This document shows positions 27,471-36,250 of a DNA stretch of 64,000 nt, piece by piece. A model generated the notes under the pieces. It did not search any database and was not told the origin of the DNA. It saw nothing but the letters and a program-made list of their open reading frames with translations. Each line of letters opens with the position of its first letter. The stretch's first letter is position 1. The DNA comes from Escherichia phage 308Ecol101PP. The stretch is from sequence record OR062945.1. One strand, given 5' to 3'. A program made the position numbers and the translations under genes.

Positions 27471-28913
27471 GTGGTAGAAATTATTTTGTCTCATCTAGTA
27501 TATGACCAGGCTTATTTTTCTAAGGTCTGGCCTTATATGGATTCTGAGTATTTTGAGCGTGGACCGGCAAAAAATGTCTTTAAAATTATAAAGAGCCACG
27601 TTAACGAATATAATGCAATGCCATCTATCAATGCGTTAAAGGTGGCTTTAGATAACAGTTCTTTAACTGAAGCCGAATATAAAGGAACTTCAGACCTAAT
27701 TGAAAAATTGGCTGATACTCCTGAAGACCATGAATGGTTGGTTAAAGAAACTGAGAAATATGTCCAGCAAAAAGCGATGTATAATGCTACGTCCAAAATC
27801 ATTGAGATTCAGTCTAATGCTGAATTACCTCCAGAACAACGTAACAAGAAAATGCCTGATGTAGGAGCTATTCCTGATATTATGCGTCAAGCACTTTCAA
27901 TTTCGTTTGATAGTTATGTTGGGCATGACTGGATGGAAGACTATGAAGCACGCTGGCTTTCTTATCTAAACAAAGCACGTAAGGTCCCGTTCAAATTAAA
28001 CATTCTGAATAAAATCACTAAAGGTGGTGCTGAAACCGGTACACTGAATGTTTTAATGGCTGGTGTTAACGTTGGTAAATCTTTAGGCCTTTGTTCACTT
28101 GCTGCAGATTATCTTCAAACAGGTCATAACGTTCTTTATATTTCTATGGAAATGGCTGAAGAAGTTTGCGCTAAGCGTATAGATGCAAACATGCTTGACG
28201 TATCACTTGATGATATTGATGATGGTAACGTATCTTATGCTGAATATAAAGCCAAGATGGAAAAATGGCGTTCAAAATCCACATTAGGACGTTTAGTAGT
28301 TAAACAGTATCCTACTGGCGGAGCTAATGCTAATACATTCCGTGCATTGCTTAATGAATTGAAACTCAAGAAGAACTTTGTGCCATCTGTAATCATGGTT
28401 GATTACTTAGGTATTTGTGGGTCTTGTCGTATCAGAGTTTACACTGAAAATAGTTACACATTAGTTAAAGCTATCGCAGAAGAACTTCGTGCATTAGCAG
28501 TAGAATCTGAAACAGTTCTATGGACTGCAGCTCAAGTAGGACGTGCAGCATGGGATGCTTCGGATATGAACATGAGCGATATTGCAGAATCAGCAGGTTT
28601 ACCAGCAACGGCAGATTTCATGTTGGCCGTAATTGAAACCGAAGAACTTGCACAAGCCGAACAACAACTTATCAAACAAATCAAATCACGATACGGCGAT
28701 AAGAATAAGTGGAATAAATTCCTGATGGGTGTACGTAAAGGCAACCAGAAATGGATTGAGATTGAGCAAGAAGGCATGAACACATCTAACACAGTAAATG
28801 AAAACGCAGGTGCTCAGATGCGTCAGGCAGAGGTGAATCGTACGGAACGCGTAGGTAAAGCCAAAGCAACACGTGCTGACCTAGATAGCTTAGCCAATGA
28901 GTTAAAATTTTAA
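27471..28913 (+). CDS. 41: replicative DNA helicase gp41 (DnaB-like)
   Basis: 480 aa, GTG start with AGGAG upstream, Walker A GVNVGKS; matches T4 gp41 from memory. Confidence 0.9.
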   Translation: MVEIILSHLVYDQAYFSKVWPYMDSEYFERGPAKNVFKIIKSHVNEYNAMPSINALKVALDNSSLTEAEYKGTSDLIEKLADTPEDHEWLVKETEKYVQQKAMYNATSKIIEIQSNAELPPEQRNKKMPDVGAIPDIMRQALSISFDSYVGHDWMEDYEARWLSYLNKARKVPFKLNILNKITKGGAETGTLNVLMAGVNVGKSLGLCSLAADYLQTGHNVLYISMEMAEEVCAKRIDANMLDVSLDDIDDGNVSYAEYKAKMEKWRSKSTLGRLVVKQYPTGGANANTFRALLNELKLKKNFVPSVIMVDYLGICGSCRIRVYTENSYTLVKAIAEELRALAVESETVLWTAAQVGRAAWDASDMNMSDIAESAGLPATADFMLAVIETEELAQAEQQLIKQIKSRYGDKNKWNKFLMGVRKGNQKWIEIEQEGMNTSNTVNENAGAQMRQAEVNRTERVGKAKATRADLDSLANELKF

Positions 28914-28919
28914 TAAAAA

Positions 28920-28938
28920 GGAGACTTCGGTCTCCTTT
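28920..28938 (+). terminator. hairpin with UUCG tetraloop after gene 41
   Basis: GGAGAC-TTCG-GTCTCC followed by TTTCGGGG. Confidence 0.45.
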
Positions 28939-28942
28939 CGGG

Positions 28943-28972
28943 GTTTACATCTTCCTCTAGGCATGATACGAT
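28943..28972 (+). promoter_or_regulatory. candidate early promoter (GTTTAC ... TACGAT)
   Basis: 18-nt spacing. Confidence 0.4.
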
Positions 28973-29001
28973 GTACTTACACCAACCAAGAGGAAAACAT
29001 T

Positions 29002-29376
29002 ATGAATATGTCTCAAGCAATTTTTACTGCAATCACCGAAAACACAACTGTTGAAGTAGTTTCTCCACTGGCAACCTACGTTATTCTTGCTCCTAAAACT
29101 ATTGTATCTCGTATGGAAAACATGGGCAAACGTATCGTACAAATTGTTGGAGCCGGAAATCAAAAACTTGATTATCTGCGAACCATCAAAGCTTATGAAC
29201 ATTTCCAACTCGAAAAAGGTTCTCCTATCCAGGTAGAACTCGTAAATGGTGATATCGTTCGAGCAATGTTCCATCATTTCTATGCATTGAATGACCCATC
29301 TAAAGCAGTTCGTTTAATTGCATACGACGCAAACCAAACCGAAATCAACGCAGATGTATCTAAATTACGTTTTTAA
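29002..29376 (+). CDS. hypothetical protein
   Basis: Track ORF 28963..29376 starts in the promoter; ATG 29002 has AGAGGAAAA upstream. Confidence 0.45.
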   Translation: MNMSQAIFTAITENTTVEVVSPLATYVILAPKTIVSRMENMGKRIVQIVGAGNQKLDYLRTIKAYEHFQLEKGSPIQVELVNGDIVRAMFHHFYALNDPSKAVRLIAYDANQTEINADVSKLRF

Positions 29377-29405
29377 GTTTACTTCTCCAGTAGTTGTGTT
29401 ATTAT
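29377..29405 (+). promoter_or_regulatory. early promoter (GTTTAC, 17 nt, TATTAT) inside a 12-bp inverted repeat
   Basis: Arms CTCCAGTAGTTG (29385-29396) and CAACTACTGGAG (29414-29425); the downstream arm contains the Shine-Dalgarno sequence of the next gene. Confidence 0.5.
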
Positions 29406-29431
29406 AGACCTATCAACTACTGGAGAACAAA

Positions 29432-29749
29432 ATGAAAACCATCGATTGTAAAGCAGAATTTAAGATTTTTTATCACGGTTCAAGTAGTTCAGCTAACATC
29501 GAAAACATGCTTTGTCCTCCTGAGGAAACAGGAGTTCTGTCTGAAACCGGACGTAAGAAAAACTTGGATCGTGTATTCTTTACTGAAGATATCGGTTTAG
29601 CAAAGATTTATGCAGGACGAGCAGCACGCTCTTATGGAGGTGAACCACGTCTCTATCGAGTAATTTCTCCGGTAGACGTAGTTCAAATGAATGATACTAA
29701 AGGTGCTACAGTTTATCACGCTGAATGGGCATTTTGTGAGGAAATATGA
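29432..29749 (+). CDS. hypothetical protein
   Basis: 105-aa ORF. Confidence 0.45.
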   Translation: MKTIDCKAEFKIFYHGSSSSANIENMLCPPEETGVLSETGRKKNLDRVFFTEDIGLAKIYAGRAARSYGGEPRLYRVISPVDVVQMNDTKGATVYHAEWAFCEEI

Positions 29750-29937
29750 GCAAATTAACTAAAGTTACTTTTATAGGTTGGTTTAAAAGCGGTGAGATGT
29801 TCACTAAAGATATCATGTTATCAGGTGATCGCGAAGAAATCGAGTGGGTTACGGTACAACTTGCTGAAGTGAACAACGCATTAGTTAAAGCATTTGTTAA
29901 TGACGAGAAAGTTTTTGAAGCTGATTTCAGAGGATAA
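29746..29937 (+). CDS. dmd: Dmd-like antitoxin (inhibitor of host RnlA/LsoA RNase toxins)
   Basis: 63 aa with pattern FIGWFKSGEMFTK...LAEVNNALVKAF, which resembles T4 Dmd as I remember it; sits between 41 and 61. Confidence 0.65.
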   Translation: MSKLTKVTFIGWFKSGEMFTKDIMLSGDREEIEWVTVQLAEVNNALVKAFVNDEKVFEADFRG

Positions 29938-29938
29938 T

Positions 29939-30151
29939 ATGTATTCAACTGTGTTTAAACCATCAACATACGAATTTGCATCAACTACACAATGGAAAGC
30001 TCTTATTCTGGAAGGATGGGAACTAATGATGGACTGTGAAGCATCTGAAAAGTTTCCGCACGGCAAAGTGGACTTCGTTAAATTTGCTGTACGTCCGACT
30101 AAACGACAGATTCGTCAAGAAAAACGCAAATTTCGCAAAAGTTTAAAATAA
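29939..30151 (+). CDS. small protein with C-terminal RPTKRQIRQEKRKFRK tail
   Basis: Track ORF 29894..30151; ATG 29939 follows the dmd stop; third member of the RPTKRQ-tail family. Confidence 0.4.
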   Translation: MYSTVFKPSTYEFASTTQWKALILEGWELMMDCEASEKFPHGKVDFVKFAVRPTKRQIRQEKRKFRKSLK

Positions 30152-30153
30152 CT

Positions 30154-30183
30154 GTTTACAAGCACCACATACTGTGTTACTAT
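30154..30183 (+). promoter_or_regulatory. candidate early promoter (GTTTAC ... TACTAT)
   Basis: 18-nt spacing. Confidence 0.4.
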
Positions 30184-30211
30184 CTTTTTATCAACTACAG
30201 AGGAAATTAAA

Positions 30212-30580
30212 ATGAAAAAATTAATCGCTTTAGCAATGGTATTTGGATTAACCGGATGTGGTGCCCATGGCTTTATCCCTAATAACGTTGGCCAATTGAT
30301 TTACAATCCGAATGTTAAACAATATGAACAACCTAAAGTTGAAGTGGAAGACCCGGTTACTGTAGGTAATCGAATGATTCAAGCTGATGCCCATGCTCAA
30401 CGTTATCGTGACTCTGATACTGTAGCTGTGTCAAAGGAACAGCGCGTTAAAGAACATTGCTTACAGGCTACTGAAATCGCATTCATTCGCTATGTTGAAA
30501 CAACCGGTAAAGAGCCTACCCAGAAACAAATCGCGAATAACTACGTCCAGTGTATTGAACGTTTAAACAAATTTAATTAA
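30212..30580 (+). CDS. putative lipoprotein
   Basis: Signal peptide with lipobox LTGC (MKKLIALAMVFGLTGC). Confidence 0.55.
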   Translation: MKKLIALAMVFGLTGCGAHGFIPNNVGQLIYNPNVKQYEQPKVEVEDPVTVGNRMIQADAHAQRYRDSDTVAVSKEQRVKEHCLQATEIAFIRYVETTGKEPTQKQIANNYVQCIERLNKFN

Positions 30581-30641
30581 TTGGTTTACGCCAAAGTTAA
30601 AACAAGATGCTATAAACATAACAAATCAAGAGGAAATTAAC

Positions 30642-30890
30642 ATGGAATTATTCGTGGCTAGTTCAGTAGCAGTTTTAATCGCAGGTATTGGTTCAATCAT
30701 CATTTACATGTTGCCTTGGGTAATCGCACTTATTCGTGGCACAAAAAGCACAACAGCAATCTTCTTTGTATCTTTACTCTTTAACTGGACGATGATTGGT
30801 TGGATTGGAACTTTAATTTGGTCTATTGTTGCCGAAAAGAAATCTGCTCAGCAGCCTCAACAAGTAATTATTATTCGCGAAAAAGAATAA
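30642..30890 (+). CDS. hypothetical inner-membrane protein
   Basis: 82 aa with two hydrophobic helices. Confidence 0.5.
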   Translation: MELFVASSVAVLIAGIGSIIIYMLPWVIALIRGTKSTTAIFFVSLLFNWTMIGWIGTLIWSIVAEKKSAQQPQQVIIIREKE

Positions 30891-30894
30891 ACTT

Positions 30895-30924
30895 GTTTAC
30901 ATTATAGATGGACTATAGTATAGT
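30895..30924 (+). promoter_or_regulatory. candidate early promoter (GTTTAC ... TATAGT) with palindromic -10 region
   Basis: 18-nt spacing; GGACTATAGTATAGTAGTCC. Confidence 0.4.
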
Positions 30925-30953
30925 AGTCCTATCAAATCAACTAAGGAGTTAAA

Positions 30954-31247
30954 ATGAAAAAGTTATCATTGGCAGCAATCTTACTCGCAGTATCATGTGC
31001 ACCAGCTCCAGTTACGGCAGGTTATGATAAAGACCTCTGTGAGTGGTCAATGACTGCAAATCAAGAAGATGTTGAACAACAAATCTTCTCTGATATCATG
31101 AACATCACTAAACGAGACCGTCCTAATATGGTTAATAAAGTTGTTGAACAACTTAAGTCCGGTGGTATCATGCAGTACAATTATGTTTTGTATTGTGACC
31201 CTAATTTCGATAACAAAGATATCGTAACCGAAATCACAGGTGAATAA
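30954..31247 (+). CDS. sp: Spackle-like periplasmic protein (superinfection exclusion)
   Basis: 97 aa with signal peptide MKKLSLAAILLAVSCAPAP; T4 Sp is also 97 aa and encoded near dmd and 61. Confidence 0.6.
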   Translation: MKKLSLAAILLAVSCAPAPVTAGYDKDLCEWSMTANQEDVEQQIFSDIMNITKRDRPNMVNKVVEQLKSGGIMQYNYVLYCDPNFDNKDIVTEITGE

Positions 31248-31248
31248 T

Positions 31249-31899
31249 ATGATTTATTACATGCACAAAAACGCGCCATTTAAATATGGTAAATTTCCTA
31301 ATGCACAATGTTATAATATAACGCCGAATGAAAATAATAACGGTTATCATATTGGTGTAATTTTTGTAATTGTTAAAGATAACGAAATCGTTGCCTGGGC
31401 TGATTTTAAAGGTACAACGTATGATGTTAATCCGGTGCCTTTCACATATTACAATATAATGGATTTGGCATATGATTATAATTGGTTTAATCATGACGCG
31501 TTGGCTCATATTGAAGGTGTAGGATTTGACATCTCTTATTCTAGCTATTCATTATGTCCTATGAGCCGAGCTCACGGTAAAGATGCATCATATCTTTCAT
31601 TTCGGAAACGTGTAAACTTCAAACGTAGTACAGAGTATGTCGGTGGACTCTTTGTTAAAGATAATAAAATAACCCGTATTAGTTATCCTTTAAGTGTAGG
31701 TCAAAAAGATGTTGATGTTGATTTAGACTTAACTGAAAATAACATTAATCATATTGCTTCTGTATATTTTGATATCGATGAAAAAATTGTAGTGTGTGGA
31801 TACGAATTACCACCTGAAGAAAAGGCTGAAGCAATTGAAGTCGAATTAGAAATTTCTGTTGATGACCAAATATTTAATGCATTTATGAATCGAGGTTAA
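31249..31899 (+). CDS. hypothetical protein
   Basis: 216 aa; noticeably AT-rich codon usage. Confidence 0.45.
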   Translation: MIYYMHKNAPFKYGKFPNAQCYNITPNENNNGYHIGVIFVIVKDNEIVAWADFKGTTYDVNPVPFTYYNIMDLAYDYNWFNHDALAHIEGVGFDISYSSYSLCPMSRAHGKDASYLSFRKRVNFKRSTEYVGGLFVKDNKITRISYPLSVGQKDVDVDLDLTENNINHIASVYFDIDEKIVVCGYELPPEEKAEAIEVELEISVDDQIFNAFMNRG

Positions 31900-31900
31900 A

Positions 31901-32098
31901 ATGACTACTGCAATTTGCACTGGTTCTAAAATTAGTGTTTTTACAAGTTTTGAAGATTATGAAGTTGTTTCAAAACACCAATACCATATTAGCGTAAAAG
32001 CTAATGATGGTGTAATTTGGAATATTCCACAGTATGAAGGCACTACATATGAAGTCACAGATATAAATGGTGACAAAGCAATCTTTGTAATTGATTAA
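31901..32098 (+). CDS. hypothetical protein
   Basis: 65-aa ORF. Confidence 0.4.
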   Translation: MTTAICTGSKISVFTSFEDYEVVSKHQYHISVKANDGVIWNIPQYEGTTYEVTDINGDKAIFVID

Positions 32099-32117
32099 AT
32101 ATACTCAGGAGGTACCT

Positions 32118-32585
32118 ATGGGTATTATTAACACTGCAATAGATTCTGTTTACGCATATAAGTTTATTCGACTAATGCAAAAACCTTTTACCGAATGGAA
32201 AGCATACGAAGCCAAAATCATCGATGAACGTGGAAGTGTTCTTAAACGTCCTTCTACTCCCGAAGAGAAAGCGGCGTATACACCTTTTCATGCTTCAGTT
32301 CGTTCAATGAAGCGAATGATGAGCACTGTTCCAGGTCTTAATGGAATGGCCTCAATGATGTCTGCCTGGAGTGCTGTAGCTTCACGCTATAACATTACGG
32401 AAGAACAGCAGAAAGAAATATTTAAAGAACTCCCTTTATTTGAGGATATGGTTGCTGGTGATTCAGGTGGCAGCCCTCAAGCTATTGCATCAGGAACAAC
32501 TACAGGTGCAGTCGTAAATAAAGGTCCAGAACAAATTCCTTCCAAGAAAAGAAAGCGAATTAAAGTAAATATTAATAAGTTGTGA
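32118..32585 (+). CDS. hypothetical protein
   Basis: Track ORF 32091..32585; ATG 32118 has AGGAGGTACCT upstream. Confidence 0.45.
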   Translation: MGIINTAIDSVYAYKFIRLMQKPFTEWKAYEAKIIDERGSVLKRPSTPEEKAAYTPFHASVRSMKRMMSTVPGLNGMASMMSAWSAVASRYNITEEQQKEIFKELPLFEDMVAGDSGGSPQAIASGTTTGAVVNKGPEQIPSKKRKRIKVNINKL

Positions 32586-32624
32586 TATGATGGCCTTATT
32601 AATTTAAGGCCTCTGGAGAATACT

Positions 32625-33647
32625 ATGGCTGAATGGATAGATAATGAATTTGCTTATCGTGCGTTTTCTCACCTACCTCGTTTTAGACAAATCAATAATT
32701 CAAGCACATTTAAATTAACATTTCGTTGTCCAGTTTGTGGCGACTCCCAGACAGATGCAATGAAAGCTCGTGGATGGTATTATGGCGGTACTCCTGGTAA
32801 TGTACATTGCTATAATTGTCAATACCACAATACAATTTCCGGATACTTAAAAGAATATGACGAAGAGCTTTATCGCGAATATCTAATGGAAGTTCGTAAA
32901 GAAAAAGCTAGAATGGAACCAAAGATTGAAAAGGTTCCTGAAGCTAAGCCGGAGCCAGAGAAAAAGACTATAAATTCTTTACCGTCTTGTTCTCGTCTGG
33001 ACAAGCTGCCTGAAGAGCATCCTATTGTGAAATATGTTAAGTCTCGATGCATTCCTAAAGAATCATGGAACAGATTATGGTTCACATTAGAATGGCCTAA
33101 ATTGGTCAACAAGATTCAACCTGGTACGTATAAGAAAGAGATTCCCGAACCACGTTTAGTGATTCCTATTTTTAATAAAGATGGGAAGGCCGAGTCATTC
33201 CAAGGGCGTGCACTTCGTAAAGATGCTCCTCAGAAATATATCACTATTAAAGCGTTTGAGTCTGCAACAAAAATTTATGGTGTTGAACGTGTTAAGGAAG
33301 GAGACGTCTGGGTAATGGAAGGCCCTATTGATAGTTTATTCATACCCAATGCAATCGCTATTACAGGCGGCTCAATAGATTTAGATGTGGTACCATTTAA
33401 AGAACGTCGGGTATGGGTAATGGATAATGAACCTAGGCATCCGGATACTATAGCTCGCATGAAGCGATTAGTTGATGCAGGCGAACGTGTCATGTTCTGG
33501 GACCGAGCTCCATGGAGATCAAAGGATGTGAATGATATGGTAATGAAAGAAAATGCAACACCACAAGAAATTTTAGAATATATGAAACAGAATATTTCAA
33601 GTGGGTTGCATGCTAAAATGAGATTATCTCGTTATTCGAAGATTTAA
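32625..33647 (+). CDS. 61: DNA primase gp61
   Basis: 340 aa, N-terminal zinc ribbon CPVCGDS...CYNC, TOPRIM core; matches T4 gp61 from memory. Confidence 0.9.
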   Translation: MAEWIDNEFAYRAFSHLPRFRQINNSSTFKLTFRCPVCGDSQTDAMKARGWYYGGTPGNVHCYNCQYHNTISGYLKEYDEELYREYLMEVRKEKARMEPKIEKVPEAKPEPEKKTINSLPSCSRLDKLPEEHPIVKYVKSRCIPKESWNRLWFTLEWPKLVNKIQPGTYKKEIPEPRLVIPIFNKDGKAESFQGRALRKDAPQKYITIKAFESATKIYGVERVKEGDVWVMEGPIDSLFIPNAIAITGGSIDLDVVPFKERRVWVMDNEPRHPDTIARMKRLVDAGERVMFWDRAPWRSKDVNDMVMKENATPQEILEYMKQNISSGLHAKMRLSRYSKI

Positions 33648-33841
33648 ACAAGCCCTATAATAGCAAAGGCCAAATCAACTACAGTATCCAATGGAACAGA
33701 AGGAACTATAATACCATTAGCAACTAACAATGGTGCAATCCCGAAGTTCCATGAAATAATGCCACCTACAACTATTGCGGCGATAGCAGTTTTCTTTTTA
33801 TTGCCTTTAATAGCGTTTATTAACGATGGAAGTTTAAACAT
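33644..33841 (-). CDS. hypothetical small membrane protein encoded antisense to the surrounding early genes
   Basis: 65 aa, hydrophobic; AGGAGATATT Shine-Dalgarno on the minus strand; near-consensus late-promoter-like AATAAATAA upstream. Confidence 0.4.
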   Translation of the reverse strand: MFKLPSLINAIKGNKKKTAIAAIVVGGIISWNFGIAPLLVANGIIVPSVPLDTVVDLAFAIIGLV

Positions 33842-33929
33842 AATATCTCCTTAGTTACCTATTATTTATTACGCTTTATAAAATTAATGTTAGAATTAAC
33901 TCTCTTATACTGAATTGAAAGGAAAAATA

Positions 33930-34451
33930 ATGGCACACTTTAACGAATGTTCACAACTTATTTCTGGTGTTGATAAAGCAGAAGAAGCTTATTTTAATGC
34001 TCTGATTCACGAAGATAAAGACCCACTTCAGGTAATGCTTGATATGCAGAAATCTTTACAGGTTCGTTTGGCAAATGACAAGCCTGAACATAACAAACAT
34101 CCTGATGAATTGGCCACTGCAGGCGACGTTGTTGATTGGCTGCGTAATCAGAAAGATTATATTGATGATGAATTCCGTGAACTGCTGACTTCACTTGGTG
34201 GTATGAGCAATGGTGAAAAAGCCGCCAGCAGTGTATGGAAGCCGTGGAAAGCACAACATGCTGAATATCGTAATCGTCGTATCGATGAACTGTCTCCTGA
34301 AGACCAGCTTGAAATTAAATTTGAGATGATTGATATTCTGCACTTCGTTCTGAACATGTTCCAAGGTCTGGGTCTTTCTGCTGAAGAAATCTTTAAACTG
34401 TATTATCTGAAGAATGCTGAAAACTTTGCTCGTCAAGACCGAGGTTATTAA
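33930..34451 (+). CDS. 56: dCTP/dUTP pyrophosphatase gp56 (MazG-like)
   Basis: 173 aa starting MAHFNE with acidic MazG-type helices; track start 33915 is TTG. Confidence 0.75.
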   Translation: MAHFNECSQLISGVDKAEEAYFNALIHEDKDPLQVMLDMQKSLQVRLANDKPEHNKHPDELATAGDVVDWLRNQKDYIDDEFRELLTSLGGMSNGEKAASSVWKPWKAQHAEYRNRRIDELSPEDQLEIKFEMIDILHFVLNMFQGLGLSAEEIFKLYYLKNAENFARQDRGY

Positions 34452-34624
34452 TGGCTCGTTTAAATAAACGTCAGCTTAAGAAAGCTCATAAGAAACGTAT
34501 TGACCAACTATTTAAAAATGATAACAGTGAGCTTATTTGTAAGCTCCTGTCTAATCAGCTTCAGCATGTTAGTCAATTATCAGACCATCTACATATGGTT
34601 GATTGGGTTGCAAATGAAACTTGA
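34451..34624 (+). CDS. hypothetical small basic protein (57 aa, not in ORF track)
   Basis: Hand-translated; N-terminus MARLNKRQLKKAHKKR resembles the RPTKRQ tail motif. Confidence 0.3.
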   Translation: MARLNKRQLKKAHKKRIDQLFKNDNSELICKLLSNQLQHVSQLSDHLHMVDWVANET

Positions 34625-34838
34625 TTTTTATGCATGGCAAAAAGCCGGGAGACCGGCTAATAAAGCATTCGGCTCTGATGGATATAATACTAGACTCCAC
34701 TGGAAATTTAATACTCCAGATGATTATTCTCCGGTAATAATTAACGGTGATGTTGTTATATTAGCTAAATTCGGATATTTTATTGTCCCGAAGAAATTCA
34801 TTATAAATACACCTGTAATTAAACAACAAAGGAGTTAA
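34614..34838 (+). CDS. hypothetical protein
   Basis: Internal ATG of track ORF 34500..34838. Confidence 0.3.
   Translation: MKLDFYAWQKAGRPANKAFGSDGYNTRLHWKFNTPDDYSPVIINGDVVILAKFGYFIVPKKFIINTPVIKQQRS
34802..34809 (+). promoter_or_regulatory. T4-type late promoter (TATAAATA) upstream of soc
   Basis: Exact TATAAATA about 31 nt upstream of the soc ATG. Confidence 0.55.
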
Positions 34839-34840
34839 TT

Positions 34841-35077
34841 ATGGGTGGTTATGTAAACATCAAAACCTTTACGCATCCTGCTGGTGAAGGTAAAGAAGTT
34901 AAAGGTATGGAAGTTTCTGTGCCGTTTGAGATTTATTCAAACGAACATCGGATTGCAGATTCTCATTACCAAATCTTTCCATCAGAAAAGGCAGCTTATT
35001 CTACTGTAGTTTCTGATGCAGCTGACTGGAAAACTAAGAACGCTGCAATGTTTACCCCTACACCAGTAAGTGGTTAA
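34841..35077 (+). CDS. soc: small outer capsid protein Soc
   Basis: 78 aa with GYVNIKTF...YQIFPSEKAAYSTV, matching T4 Soc from memory; has its own late promoter. Confidence 0.7.
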   Translation: MGGYVNIKTFTHPAGEGKEVKGMEVSVPFEIYSNEHRIADSHYQIFPSEKAAYSTVVSDAADWKTKNAAMFTPTPVSG

Positions 35078-35086
35078 ATAATTTAA

Positions 35087-35113
35087 GGAATCCTTCGGGG
35101 TTCCTTTTTTTTT
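35087..35113 (+). terminator. rho-independent terminator (UUCG tetraloop) after soc
   Basis: GGAATCC-TTCG-GGGTTCC followed by T9. Confidence 0.7.
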
Positions 35114-35122
35114 GTTTCTACA

Positions 35123-35152
35123 GTTTACAAACACTAAAAACTGTGTTAAGAT
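35123..35152 (+). promoter_or_regulatory. candidate early promoter (GTTTAC ... TAAGAT)
   Basis: 18-nt spacing. Confidence 0.4.
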
Positions 35153-35180
35153 ATTCTTACTTACTCAAGAGGAGAATAAT

Positions 35181-35408
35181 ATGTTAAATCGTTGGATTAA
35201 ACCTAATAACACATTAGGTGCTTTGATTGCTCAAGAAGTTTCGTTGAAATACGGTCTTGGATATTACGATGATGTAGTCGTACACTCATTCATGATGGAT
35301 GGTGAAGACGTCAAATTTAATGCCGAAATCCGTTGGGATGATGGTGGTGTTCGTTTTGTTCGAGGAACAATTAATGCTTACGATACTGAAGAAGTTGTTT
35401 GCTGTTAA
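35181..35408 (+). CDS. hypothetical protein
   Basis: Track ORF 35112..35408; ATG 35181 has GAGGAGAATAAT upstream. Confidence 0.4.
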   Translation: MLNRWIKPNNTLGALIAQEVSLKYGLGYYDDVVVHSFMMDGEDVKFNAEIRWDDGGVRFVRGTINAYDTEEVVCC

Positions 35409-35421
35409 ACCAGGCGAAGGT

Positions 35422-35610
35422 ATGATGCCTATTCCTGATACACACGAAAAAAGTTGGGAATACATTGGTGACGGCATGATGGAAGAAGTTATTCGTCCTA
35501 AGTCTGCTTCAAACTCTTCAAGTTATAATCATTCATACGTATCGTCTTGGCCCGGTGATTCTGGGTCAAGTTATTCTGATTGTGGTTCAAGCTCAGGGAG
35601 CTGCGAATGA
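35422..35610 (+). CDS. hypothetical Ser-rich protein
   Basis: Internal ATG of track ORF 35299..35610 after the previous stop. Confidence 0.35.
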   Translation: MMPIPDTHEKSWEYIGDGMMEEVIRPKSASNSSSYNHSYVSSWPGDSGSSYSDCGSSSGSCE

Positions 35611-35786
35611 ACAAGATAGTTAAATGGTTTAAAAGCTGGGACGATGGTGTCGGTCCAGAAGATTGGCTGGATGTTCTTGAAGAGAATATGGCTAAAGAAT
35701 TCCAGAAACATGAAGAAAAGCTCGTCGAAGATGAAGGCGAACGTATTGTAAAACTTTATATGGGTGAACCATCGAGGAAATTATAA
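35607..35786 (+). CDS. hypothetical protein
   Basis: ATGA overlap; track ORF 35580..35786. Confidence 0.4.
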   Translation: MNKIVKWFKSWDDGVGPEDWLDVLEENMAKEFQKHEEKLVEDEGERIVKLYMGEPSRKL

Positions 35787-36250
35787 TGGATGCTATGCTA
35801 TTTAAAATGTATTTGCTTGAAGCCAAGTCATTTAAACATATACCAGTGGAAGATAAGACTCCACTAGAAATAGCTATTCTAATTAACAAAAGTCTAAATA
35901 ATCCGCAATATATCGTAGAAGAATTCTGCAAATTGCAGATTCCTAAAGGTTACAAAATTCGTGTAGAGCGAGTTGGAGCTATTACTCGTTCTAAAAATTC
36001 TCCGTTTAGTCTTGAAGAAGGCATAAAGGACTTAGGTTATGAATCTACGGAAAATGCCGTTTATGTGAATCCTGAAAAGCGTTTAGACCTGTTTGAAAAG
36101 CGAGACCATAAGTATTTTGCCAAAAAATACTTTATTACATCATTAGCAGATTTAATCCATTTGCAACGAGCTATTTGGAAATTTTTTAAGACAAAAGGTG
36201 TAGCACTAGAAACATTCTCTGAACCGGCTAGTTTTTATCTAGGTGAATAA
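35786..36250 (+). CDS. hypothetical protein
   Basis: 154-aa ORF. Confidence 0.5.
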   Translation: MDAMLFKMYLLEAKSFKHIPVEDKTPLEIAILINKSLNNPQYIVEEFCKLQIPKGYKIRVERVGAITRSKNSPFSLEEGIKDLGYESTENAVYVNPEKRLDLFEKRDHKYFAKKYFITSLADLIHLQRAIWKFFKTKGVALETFSEPASFYLGE

